Origin: an uncultured archaeon | Lineage (GTDB): Archaea; Asgardarchaeota; Lokiarchaeia; Sigyniarchaeales; SOKP01 | Direction: 5' to 3' | NCBI GenBank assembly: GCA_964508365.1 | Contig: CAZDTP010000031.1 | Coordinates: 1-45,028, forward strand | DNA: 45,028 bases | Part shown: piece by piece, positions 10,061 through 18,497 of the stretch | Numbering within the stretch: position 1 is the stretch's first letter | Layout of the letters: every line of letters starts with the position of its first letter | Made by a program: the position numbers and the translations under genes | The notes under the pieces: model-generated | Told to the model about the DNA's origin: nothing | Databases searched by the model: none | What the model saw: the letters and a program-made list of their open reading frames with translations, nothing else

Positions 10061-10630
10061 ATGTCAAGCAAGAAAGAGAAATTTGTCTTTAAAATAACGG
10101 TAATTGGTGATGGAATGGTTGGTAAAACTTCACTAATTAAGAAATTTACTCACGGAAGTTTTCAAACTGATTATATTCGAACCATCGGTGCCCAATTTTC
10201 TAAATATAATCAAAATATTGAGGGTGATATTTGTACACTTTCTTTATGGGATATTGCAGGACAAGATGAATTTTTTTTTCTACGCCCCTCATTTTATAAA
10301 GAAAGTAAAGCTGCCATTATCGTATATTCTCTTGAGGATAATCAACATGGAAAAGACAGTTTTAAACATATTTCCAATTGGCATAATGATATTAAAAAAT
10401 TCTGTGGAAAAATTCCTATTATCCTTCTGGGTAATAAAGTAGATTTGATTGATAAGAATATTCTTGACGAGTCAAGAATGTTAAAATTGATTCAAAAAAG
10501 AGAATTTTTAGGTCATTTTATAACATCTGCTTTAACAGGTGAGGGTGTTATTGAAGCATTTCAAGTAATTATAAATGAGCTATACCATAAATATAAAAAA
10601 TTAGATGAGTTTCTAAAAATGAAAGTTTGA
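10061..10630 (+). CDS. Rab-like small GTPase
   Basis: G1 GDGMVGKT, G2 TIG, G3 WDIAGQ, G4 NKVD, G5 TSA; no C-terminal Cys prenylation motif. Confidence 0.95.
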   Translation: MSSKKEKFVFKITVIGDGMVGKTSLIKKFTHGSFQTDYIRTIGAQFSKYNQNIEGDICTLSLWDIAGQDEFFFLRPSFYKESKAAIIVYSLEDNQHGKDSFKHISNWHNDIKKFCGKIPIILLGNKVDLIDKNILDESRMLKLIQKREFLGHFITSALTGEGVIEAFQVIINELYHKYKKLDEFLKMKV

Positions 10631-10669
10631 ATAATATATTTGAACTAATTGAAGAAATAGAGTAGAAAT

Positions 10670-10810
10670 TTACTTATCATTATCTTGTTCCATATTGTAA
10701 AAGATTATTTTTTCATTTGGTGGTTTTTTTTCTATGATTTCTTTATCATCTGTCCAAATAATTTTAGGATTAGCACTATCTGCTTCTTTATTATTATCTT
10801 TTTCATTCAT
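10670..10810 (-). CDS. Small unannotated acidic protein (46 aa, MNEKDNNKEADSANPKIIWTDDKEIIEKKPPNEKIIFYNMEQDNDK)
   Basis: Translated manually from ATG 10810 to TAA 10670. It fills the gap between two + genes without overlap. Confidence 0.55.
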   Translation of the reverse strand: MNEKDNNKEADSANPKIIWTDDKEIIEKKPPNEKIIFYNMEQDNDK

Positions 10811-10882
10811 ACGATCATCATTTTAATTAATAATTTTATCTATTATTAATTTAATCACAAATATGTATAATGGATAAATATC

Positions 10883-13495
10883 GTGATTTTAAAGTTATTT
10901 ATAATAGGTCCTGGAGGGATTCTTTATTATTCTAAGAGTTTTTTTACTCATATTGAAATAGATGAATGTGTTCTTAGTGGTTTTTTGGCTGCATTTAGTG
11001 ATTTTGCAGAAGAGATAAAGGGTGGTGAGGTAAAAGCGCTGCTTTTCAAAGAGTTTAATTTCATTTATTCTTATTCTCTTGAATTCAAATTAATCTTTAT
11101 TATTGTAATAGATAAGGATAGTTTAGAAGAAGAGGCTAAAATAAAAGTGGACTTAATGAAGAACGAATTTATAAAGAGATATGAACAGCATCTTAAAAAT
11201 TGGTCAGGGAATGTCAGTATCTTTGATGATTTTGATAACTTTGTTGAAGAGAATATTTTCATTCCTCCAAAGATCTTAATCACTGGAGAACTTGGAGTAG
11301 GCAAAACAACTATTCTTAACTTATTTTCCGGAGAAATAAGAATAGAATTAGACGATGAGTTAAATCAAGTATTAAAAAAATCTATTAAAATTAAAATTGC
11401 AAATGACATTAAGGAATGTATAATTCGAGAAATCGATCTAAATAACTTAGTTAAATATTATCCTCTTTATAAGGACTTATTAAATTCTATTGATCTAATA
11501 CTTATTATAACTAATTCTGCAGCAAGTAACTTAGGCAGAACGCAAGAAATTATTTCAAAGTTAAAACTTAAAATTCAGAATATCGATTTTTATTTAATAG
11601 CAAATTTTCAAGACCTTGAAGATACCGCATTTAAACCTCAACAAATAGAAGATATATTCGATATAAAGACATATGGATTTTCTGCTATTGAAGATGATTC
11701 TAAAGATAAATTTATATCTATTTTAAATAAAGTTTTAAAAATTTCCAATTTAACGCAAGAAAATAACAGAATAAGTACCTCTCAGGATAATTCAGTGATT
11801 ACTATAACTGAGGAAGCAGAACCAGAAGAGATTCACAATGTTATGGATATCCAAATAGATTATTCGGTCATTTGGGATAAGATTGAAAAAGCACAGATTT
11901 TAGAAAAACAAGGAGATCATATTGCAGCTGCAGAAAAATTTGCTAGCGCGGCGAGTCAATTTAAAAATCTATGTTCCGATATAGAAAATTTACAAGATAA
12001 CAATGAAATGAATGCGATTTATTATCTTTGTAAAGCTTGGGAATGTATGGAGTTAGCTGAAGAACAAAAAGAACCCAGCATGTATGCAGAATCTGCTGAG
12101 TTGTTTAATAAAGCAAGTGAATTTTTTCTTGATTCAAAATATAAATCTTTAGCACTAGGAAATGCGTCATTCTGTCGAGCCTTAGAAATAGGCTCTAAAT
12201 TTGATAAATCAAGTGATAAAACTAAGAAAGCAGAATATTACCCTGAAATTAAAATGATGTTGAGAAAAGCTGCAAATTCATATCGTAAAGGTGGCTTTGA
12301 AAATGAAGCAGATTGGGCTCTCGCAACGTCCACATATTTTGATGCAACATGGTATATTATTAGTGCAGATGAGGAACTCAATCTTGATGAGAAAAAAAGA
12401 CTCCTATATATAGGTTCTAGGATGCTTAAGTCAGCAGCTGAATTATTTGAAAATGCAGGTTATAAAGATAAAGAGAAGGAAGTAAAAGATCGCTTAGAAT
12501 TAGTACAAAAGGAAGAAAAAATCATAATATCTGCTTTAAATACTATTAGTGAACCTTCGATATCTAAAAAGGCAATTTCTGTTTTAAAAACTCCTTTATC
12601 CGGGAAATCAGAATCTCAAAAGAAGTATAAATTGCTTTATAAAGACTTACTCCATGAATATTCTAAAATACAAAAAAGGCAATGTCGGATAGGTATAGCT
12701 CAAATTGGAGTATCCTCTTCAGGCGATTTATTGAGTGAATATTATGAAGAAAAAATGTCTGGTTTGATTGGACTCAAAGCTGAAAAAGTTGATCTAGTGC
12801 AGGAAAAGGTTAGATTGATGATTGAGGAAGCTCACAATGAAAAAATCAATATATTAATATTTCCAGAAATGGCCATTGATCTTAATTATGGCAAAATTTT
12901 AGAAGAACTTTCAGATTTAGCAAAGTCTTATGAAATGTATATTATCCCCGGTTCATTTCATAATTTAGAAAATAATCGTAATACTAGTATAGTAATTGGT
13001 CCAGAAGGCATACTTTGGGAGCAAGAAAAACACATTCCCGCAACCATTCATTTTCAAGGAAAAAGATTTGAAGAAAACATAAATGTCGGGACATTACCCC
13101 GTGAAACTATCATCTGTAATACTGAATATGGTAGAATAGCAATTGTCATATGCAGAGATTTTCTTGATATGGATTTAAGAGTGGAATTAAAGAATTTTGA
13201 ACCTCCTATAGATCTAATTATAAACCCGGCGTATACACCTGTGACTGCCGATTTTAAAGCAGCACATTTTGATGCTCGAAGATCTATTTATGCGTATTGC
13301 TTTTTTGTAAATATCGCAGAATATGGTGAATCTCTTATATACACCCCAGAAAAGGAAAGAGTCGAAAGAATTATCCCTCCAAAAGAAGAAACTTTGATTT
13401 ATAAAGATCTTGATCTATTTAAACTGCGTTCTGAACGTAAAAAATGGGAAATAGAACATAAAAAAAAACATCAATTTATTCAAAGTACTCGATAA
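10883..13495 (+). CDS. Multidomain fusion: longin + degenerate small GTPase + TPR/SNAP-like helical repeats + nitrilase (CN-hydrolase) domain
   Basis: Longin aa ~1-125 (LSGFLAAFSDF...FDDFDNFVE); P-loop GELGVGKT at aa 135; ANFQD and FSA as G4/G5. Ala-rich helical repeats at ~330-560. Nitrilase from aa ~602 (RIGIAQ) with triad FPE662, K716, IC757RD. Confidence 0.85.
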   Translation: MILKLFIIGPGGILYYSKSFFTHIEIDECVLSGFLAAFSDFAEEIKGGEVKALLFKEFNFIYSYSLEFKLIFIIVIDKDSLEEEAKIKVDLMKNEFIKRYEQHLKNWSGNVSIFDDFDNFVEENIFIPPKILITGELGVGKTTILNLFSGEIRIELDDELNQVLKKSIKIKIANDIKECIIREIDLNNLVKYYPLYKDLLNSIDLILIITNSAASNLGRTQEIISKLKLKIQNIDFYLIANFQDLEDTAFKPQQIEDIFDIKTYGFSAIEDDSKDKFISILNKVLKISNLTQENNRISTSQDNSVITITEEAEPEEIHNVMDIQIDYSVIWDKIEKAQILEKQGDHIAAAEKFASAASQFKNLCSDIENLQDNNEMNAIYYLCKAWECMELAEEQKEPSMYAESAELFNKASEFFLDSKYKSLALGNASFCRALEIGSKFDKSSDKTKKAEYYPEIKMMLRKAANSYRKGGFENEADWALATSTYFDATWYIISADEELNLDEKKRLLYIGSRMLKSAAELFENAGYKDKEKEVKDRLELVQKEEKIIISALNTISEPSISKKAISVLKTPLSGKSESQKKYKLLYKDLLHEYSKIQKRQCRIGIAQIGVSSSGDLLSEYYEEKMSGLIGLKAEKVDLVQEKVRLMIEEAHNEKINILIFPEMAIDLNYGKILEELSDLAKSYEMYIIPGSFHNLENNRNTSIVIGPEGILWEQEKHIPATIHFQGKRFEENINVGTLPRETIICNTEYGRIAIVICRDFLDMDLRVELKNFEPPIDLIINPAYTPVTADFKAAHFDARRSIYAYCFFVNIAEYGESLIYTPEKERVERIIPPKEETLIYKDLDLFKLRSERKKWEIEHKKKHQFIQSTR

Positions 13496-13514
13496 TTCCA
13501 ACATTAAAAAAAAT

Positions 13515-14018
13515 GTGAATAAAAGTATGTCAATTGACTATGATTTTGTATTTCCGGTCTATATTTACAATGAAATTTTGGAGAAAATTATTGAATTATG
13601 TAAAGCTTCTAGCAACGAAATTTTTGGTTATCTAATTGGAAATATCTTAAAATGGAATGACACTTTATATATTATCATTGAAGACCAACTGTTTATCAAT
13701 AATACTATACATAATAATCGATTCTCAACTTTCCAGATTGAAGGAACAGCCGGGCAATATGAAAAAGAATTTCAAAAGCTAAAAAATCTTAAAAATAATG
13801 ATTGCTTGAGAATAGTTGGATGGTGGCATTCGCATCCTGATTTTGGCTGCTTTTTATCCGACACAGATTTACATACTCAAGAGTTTTTCTTTCCAGAATC
13901 ATATCAAGTCGCATTAGTAGTAGATCCGATTAGAGATGTATTCCAATTTTTCACACTCGAAAAGCAATTAGAATCTAATTATAAAACTATAAGTTATGCG
14001 ATAATATCTTCAAAATAG
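13515..14018 (+). CDS. JAB1/MPN+ (JAMM) metalloprotease, Rpn11/CSN5-like deubiquitinase
   Basis: EIFGYLIG plus GWWHSHPDFGCFLSDTDLHTQ (H105, H107, S115, D118), nearly matching the Rpn11 motif GWYHSHPGFGCWLSGVD. Confidence 0.95.
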   Translation: MNKSMSIDYDFVFPVYIYNEILEKIIELCKASSNEIFGYLIGNILKWNDTLYIIIEDQLFINNTIHNNRFSTFQIEGTAGQYEKEFQKLKNLKNNDCLRIVGWWHSHPDFGCFLSDTDLHTQEFFFPESYQVALVVDPIRDVFQFFTLEKQLESNYKTISYAIISSK

Positions 14019-14047
14019 AGCTTTAATTAAAAATGCTGTATAAATAA

Positions 14048-14938
14048 ATGAAAGATAAAAATGATCCATTAGATATTGAAGTAGGAAGAATTGAATTAAT
14101 AGATTCAGATAAATATGATCGTCAAAAACGAATAAAAGGATGGGATCAAAATAAAATTATTAATTCGAAAGTATTGGTGATTGGTGCTGGAGCAACGGGT
14201 AATGAAGTGATAAAGAATTTAGTTTTGGCAGGTGTAGGAACAATTACTTTGATCGATTTTGACTTTATTAATTTATCAAATTTGAATAGATGTGTACTTT
14301 TCAACTTAAAATCCGCAAAAAAAAATCAATATAAGGCGGATGTAATAAAACAAGTTTGTAAAGATTTAAATCCAGAAGTAAAAATTAATACGATTATTAA
14401 GGATTTAAATCAAGTAGAAAAAAGCATTTATAAACAAAATGACGTTATCTGTTCGTGTTTAGATAATGTTGAGGCACGCTTAGAAGCTAATAATTATTCC
14501 TATTTTTATGATATTCCTTTTATTGATTCTGGAATTGATGGGTATTTTGGGACTGTGCAAGCAGTATATTCAGGAATTAAAGATTCAGCATGCTTACAAT
14601 GCGGGATAACTAATAAAGATTTAGATTTAATGTGGAAAAAGTTCTCATGTACAGGAGAGGAACTAAATGGTGAAGATGGAGAAACTACAAGAAAAATCTC
14701 TTCGATTATAACTACTACTTCCATAATAGGCGGCATTCAATCACAACAAACATTAAAATTTATATTAGGACTAGACCATTTTAAGGAATATAAGAGATGG
14801 GATCCTAAAATAGGGAAACCGCTTATTGGAAAACAATTGAATTATAATGGACTTACTAATAGCTTTAAAATAATTGAAAAAGTGAAGGATCCCACATGTT
14901 GGACATGTTCCTATAAAAAACAAAAAGAGGAACAATAA
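14048..14938 (+). CDS. E1-like ubiquitin-activating enzyme (ThiF/UBA fold)
   Basis: YDRQ, GAGATG, KNLVLAG, DFD...SNLNR, CLDNVEAR, two CxxC zinc pairs (CLQC, CWTC) and putative catalytic Cys201 (FSCT). Confidence 0.93.
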   Translation: MKDKNDPLDIEVGRIELIDSDKYDRQKRIKGWDQNKIINSKVLVIGAGATGNEVIKNLVLAGVGTITLIDFDFINLSNLNRCVLFNLKSAKKNQYKADVIKQVCKDLNPEVKINTIIKDLNQVEKSIYKQNDVICSCLDNVEARLEANNYSYFYDIPFIDSGIDGYFGTVQAVYSGIKDSACLQCGITNKDLDLMWKKFSCTGEELNGEDGETTRKISSIITTTSIIGGIQSQQTLKFILGLDHFKEYKRWDPKIGKPLIGKQLNYNGLTNSFKIIEKVKDPTCWTCSYKKQKEEQ

Positions 14939-15008
14939 AATTATAAATTAAAGTATAGAATAAATATACACAATAAAATAAAATAATATTAAAAAAGAAT
15001 ATAAAAAG

Positions 15009-15575
15009 ATGCCAGAATTACCGTATGAAATATGGAAAGATCGAATAAATAATGAGATTAATATTTTAAGAAAATCAAATTTAATAGAGCATAATTCAAT
15101 TAATTGGCGTGAAAATGATGTTGAATTTTGGATCAATATTGAAGCTTTAGGATTTGTGCAAGATCATAATAAAGAGGGTGTTAAATTAATCCCAAAGAAG
15201 TTTCATCGAGTAAATCTAAGAATAAATAGATCCTTTCCATATCCGGGCGGTATAGATTTTTCATGGTATTCTAATATCTTTCACCCAAATATCCATCCAA
15301 TTGACATTCAAGATTTAAATGTATCTGGTTCTGGATTTATCTGCCTTAACATTCTAAAAAAATGGTCAAGGCTATCAGATTTGGAAACAACAATTAAAGC
15401 GTTAAAAAAACTAGTTGAGAATCCAAATGCTGATGATCCTCTTATTTATGACTCCTGTTTAAAAGCAGCGGAGTATTTCAAAAAACATTCTATTGAATCA
15501 CTCAAGGAAGAATATAAATGTAGTGATAAAAAAGATAAAGATGAAACGGATGACATTTTAATAATCGATGAATAA
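15009..15575 (+). CDS. E2-like ubiquitin-conjugating enzyme (UBC fold)
   Basis: FPYP, IFHPNI, catalytic FIC112LNIL, W...DLET.I.AL..L..NPNADDPL; acidic C-terminal tail. Confidence 0.92.
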   Translation: MPELPYEIWKDRINNEINILRKSNLIEHNSINWRENDVEFWINIEALGFVQDHNKEGVKLIPKKFHRVNLRINRSFPYPGGIDFSWYSNIFHPNIHPIDIQDLNVSGSGFICLNILKKWSRLSDLETTIKALKKLVENPNADDPLIYDSCLKAAEYFKKHSIESLKEEYKCSDKKDKDETDDILIIDE

Positions 15576-15621
15576 AATTATATTTATAAATTCTTCCCAA
15601 AATATTTATAGAAAGAAAAAA

Positions 15622-15879
15622 TTACTGCCCACCTACCACTCTTGTCCATAGAGCTAATTTGTCGTCCTCCTTTAACCCAAATTTATGAACTGCGTCAGAA
15701 ATTGTAATTGAATTAGGGAGCTCCTTATCGCTGAGAACTAATGTATATGATCTTTGCTCAGAGTCTATTATACCCATATACTTTATTACAATATCGATTA
15801 CACGCTCAACAATATGATGTTCTTTAACGTCTAGCTTTGTAACCTTACCAGTCCTAGTGTCTTCAACTGATATTCTCAT
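15622..15879 (-). CDS. Ubiquitin-like (beta-grasp) protein precursor ending TRVVGG-Q
   Basis: 85 aa, MRISVE...TKLDV...V..VI..., YTLVL...LP...TI...GLKEDDKLAL.TRVVGG pattern; adjacent to E1, E2 and JAB. Confidence 0.9.
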   Translation of the reverse strand: MRISVEDTRTGKVTKLDVKEHHIVERVIDIVIKYMGIIDSEQRSYTLVLSDKELPNSITISDAVHKFGLKEDDKLALWTRVVGGQ

Positions 15880-15941
15880 AATCTATTCTCTATTTTACTT
15901 TTTTTTTATCTCTGAAGTATGTATAATCATTTAAAAAAATT

Positions 15942-17000
15942 TCATTTTTTAGGTTTTTCAATTTTTATTGGTTCTTTATCGGTTGATTCAATTTTAAACG
16001 GTTTGGAAGGTTTTGAATTATCTATAGGCCCATTGCAAACCCAACACGCATTTTCAGCATTACTTAGAGCACGAGCGCACTCTTCATGGTATATTGTTTC
16101 ACAATTAGGACAAAGAAAAATATTGAATCCACTAACTTTACCTTTACATATCATGCATATTTTTTGCTCTCTGTAATATGTAACTTCTTCTTCAGTTATT
16201 TGCGCAGGTCTTTTAGTTAATCTAAACAAGGATTCCTCAATTTTCATCTCTTTTTTCTTTTCTTTCTTCTCACGCTTTTCAGGTTCTTCCCTTAAACCTA
16301 AATAGAAAAGCCAAACGGCACTTAATGAGGCAATCCGAATTATTGCAACGATCTCGGCGATACCCAAAAAATCTAACAACGCCGATACATTAAGAATTAA
16401 ATATCCTATTGCTAACTGATGATATTTCTTTCTAACTACCCCTGAAAACCGATAACCTTTAATAAGCATGCCGATCCCAGAAAAAAAAATTCCTAAGAAC
16501 GTAAAAATAGTTCCGATAAGACCGGCAATTGACCCTGTAATAAGACTATCATCGATCAATTCAGCACCAGGAGGGGTAGGTTCAATAAACGTAATGTTTC
16601 CTAATGTATCTAAAAAAATACTAAGCTCAAAAATTAAAGCTAAAGCAATAATTATGATCATGTAGAGTTTTTTTATCTTAGGTATCAATAATTCAGCAGT
16701 TACATAAGATCCAAAGATGTAAGCAACAGGCACAAATGGCCAAATTAAAAAAGCAAGTAAAAATACATTTATGTTGTTTCCTGTTATAAGAATTGATAAA
16801 AAGTCGACACAAATTCCCAAATAAGCTATTCCTATTAAAAATATATTTATCCCCATAATTGAGAGAAGTTTGATATTTGTTTTCCTAGAAATATAGTAAA
16901 AGTATATTCCAAAACTACAAAATGCTATTAGCACGCCCAATGTAGAAGAACCAATAAGTCCACCTAATATAGATAACATAAGCATTCTAAAAATCCTCAA
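15942..17000 (-). CDS. 7-TM membrane protein with C-terminal C4HC3 zinc finger (RING-variant/PHD-like); probable start ATG 16985 (MLMLS)
   Basis: Seven hydrophobic segments, a charged linker, then C-x2-C-x11-C-x2-C-x4-H-x2-C-x10-C-x2-C at 16035..16157. Confidence 0.85.
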   Translation of the reverse strand: MRIFRMLMLSILGGLIGSSTLGVLIAFCSFGIYFYYISRKTNIKLLSIMGINIFLIGIAYLGICVDFLSILITGNNINVFLLAFLIWPFVPVAYIFGSYVTAELLIPKIKKLYMIIIIALALIFELSIFLDTLGNITFIEPTPPGAELIDDSLITGSIAGLIGTIFTFLGIFFSGIGMLIKGYRFSGVVRKKYHQLAIGYLILNVSALLDFLGIAEIVAIIRIASLSAVWLFYLGLREEPEKREKKEKKKEMKIEESLFRLTKRPAQITEEEVTYYREQKICMICKGKVSGFNIFLCPNCETIYHEECARALSNAENACWVCNGPIDNSKPSKPFKIESTDKEPIKIEKPKK

Positions 17001-17237
17001 AGAAAATATTAAATATAAATAAATATCTACTTTAATGTATAATTTGATACTTCGGGATAGTATAAAAGTTTAACTTATTTTATATTTGCAAGTTCAATTT
17101 AAATTCGCATTTCCTTTCTTTTTGTAGGTCTTTGGGCAATCCTAAAGATTGAAACCCCCTCAATTAATTATAATATATTCATCATATTTTATATAAAGTT
17201 TTTACAAAAAGGTCTTAAAAAGATTAAAAAAAAAAGA

Positions 17238-17477
17238 TTATTTTTTGGTTTTTAAATTACTTATATTAAAATCAAATTTATTAGGATTAAGTGCATAATA
17301 TCCCAGAGATTTTTTCCAGTTTCTTTCATCTCTTTTCTTTTGGATAGGATCAATGTCTGTTTTCTTCTCAAGTAATTGTTTTACTTCTTTTACAGCTTCT
17401 TCTTTTAATTCTTCGATAATTTTATATTTAGGAAATTCTCTAAATATTGGAAAAACTTCTTCTTTACTTGATGTCAT
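17238..17477 (-). CDS. Hypothetical protein (79 aa)
   Basis: ATG-started ORF with GAGGT RBS, divergent from the AbrB/PhoU regulator. Confidence 0.65.
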   Translation of the reverse strand: MTSSKEEVFPIFREFPKYKIIEELKEEAVKEVKQLLEKKTDIDPIQKKRDERNWKKSLGYYALNPNKFDFNISNLKTKK

Positions 17478-17518
17478 TTATTTTTACCTCTTTACTTTAG
17501 ATTTATTAATATAATGAA

Positions 17519-17580
17519 TGTTTAAAGAATGTTTAAATATATTGTATAAATTGTTTAAACAAGTTTAAACAAGTTTAAAT
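17519..17580. promoter_or_regulatory. Phased operator array of GTTTAAA(C) motifs including the perfect palindrome TTGTTTAAACAA
   Basis: GTTTAAA at 17520, 17531, 17553, 17563 and 17573 (spacing 11, 22, 10, 10) in a divergent promoter region. Confidence 0.75.
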
Positions 17581-17603
17581 ATTAATAATAATATAAGTTT
17601 AAT

Positions 17604-18494
17604 ATGGAAAGAACCTATAGAAATCTGCAGAAGATTAGCGGTTCTTTTTTTGTTAGTCTACCAAAAAAGTGGGTTGAAAATTTTAATTTAAGTAAGAAAT
17701 CTTCCATATTGATCACTGTTCGCAGTGACGGATCTTTATTAATTTCACCAAAACATAGACAGGAAGTAGATCGATCTACTGATGAGGTAATACTTCACTC
17801 AAATCCCTATATTGCTCGAGAAATTGTAAAAAAATGCCTCTCTGGTCAATCAAATATAGTAATACTATCAGATAAACCATTTGAAGAGAGTATAAGAGAT
17901 GAAATAAGATGGTTTGTTAATGGTCTTCCTAACACCGAAATAATTGAAGAACAACCTCAGAGGATTGTTGTTCAAAATTTCGGCTATAAACAAATCCCTA
18001 CTCGTAAGTTAATACAACGTTTATTATATCTTATTTTGGATATGTTTGATAACCTTGAAACTAATAAATATGAAGAGTTAAATTATAATTTTAACCAATT
18101 ACGAAAATTTTACTTTATTTTTGTAATCCATATTAGGACTTATCTTAGAACAGGCGTATATGTCACAGAAGATAAAGATTTTACGCCTTTAGAAGCCATG
18201 GATTATCGTATGTTTTGTGAAAAGATTGAAGATATTGGATCAATTCTAAGAGATTTTCATTTAAGTGAAGAAATTAAGGAATATTTTACAGAAATCAAGC
18301 AATATTTTAATGAGGTAATGATTGCTTATCAGAAGAAAGCTTTAGAATTAGCACATAAAGTATGGAAAAAAAGAGATATGTTAATTGAAAAAGGAAATTT
18401 GCTCATAAATGATTTAAAATTTAAGGAGAAGGAAAGGATTAGAGTTTTAATGAGAATTGCATATAACTGTAGGGATATGGCGGCTTTTATCTAA
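17604..18494 (+). CDS. AbrB/MazE-type DNA-binding domain + PhoU-like regulator (archaeal phosphate uptake regulator family)
   Basis: N-terminal RNLQKISGSFFVSLPKKWV...ITVRSDGSLLISP (AbrB); PhoU-like helical repeats (EKIEDIG...RIAYNCRDMA). Confidence 0.85.
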   Translation: MERTYRNLQKISGSFFVSLPKKWVENFNLSKKSSILITVRSDGSLLISPKHRQEVDRSTDEVILHSNPYIAREIVKKCLSGQSNIVILSDKPFEESIRDEIRWFVNGLPNTEIIEEQPQRIVVQNFGYKQIPTRKLIQRLLYLILDMFDNLETNKYEELNYNFNQLRKFYFIFVIHIRTYLRTGVYVTEDKDFTPLEAMDYRMFCEKIEDIGSILRDFHLSEEIKEYFTEIKQYFNEVMIAYQKKALELAHKVWKKRDMLIEKGNLLINDLKFKEKERIRVLMRIAYNCRDMAAFI

Positions 18495-18497
18495 TTT

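Noticed and set aside
10061-10630. Calling the GTPases true Rab, Arf or Rag orthologs with gene symbols
   Set aside because: Motifs indicate similarity only; there are no prenylation or myristoylation signals, and orthology needs phylogeny.
13515-15575. Reading JAB-E1-E2 as a CBASS Cap2/Cap3 or other bacterial-type antiphage module
   Set aside because: No CD-NTase or recognisable effector, E1 and E2 are separate and eukaryote-like, and there is no mobile-element context. A defence role cannot be fully excluded.
14048-15879. Reading the E1/Ubl pair as a ThiF/MoeB-ThiS/MoaD sulfur-relay (SAMP-type) system
   Set aside because: A bona fide E2 and an Rpn11-like JAB are adjacent, the E1 has KNLVLAG/CLDNVEAR signatures closer to Uba2/Uba3, and no thiamine or Moco genes are present.
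10188-16665. Tracked ORFs 10188..10442, 11071..11304, 14506..14736, 14948..15136, 15919..16176 and 16468..16665
   Set aside because: Alternative-frame or antisense overlaps of GTPase, E1, E2 and 7TM genes, with compositions typical of shadow frames.
17519-17580. GTTTAAAC repeats as a mini-CRISPR (many archaeal repeats begin GTTT)
   Set aside because: Units are 8-10 bp with 2-15 bp gaps; there are no 25-40-bp repeats, unique spacers or cas genes.
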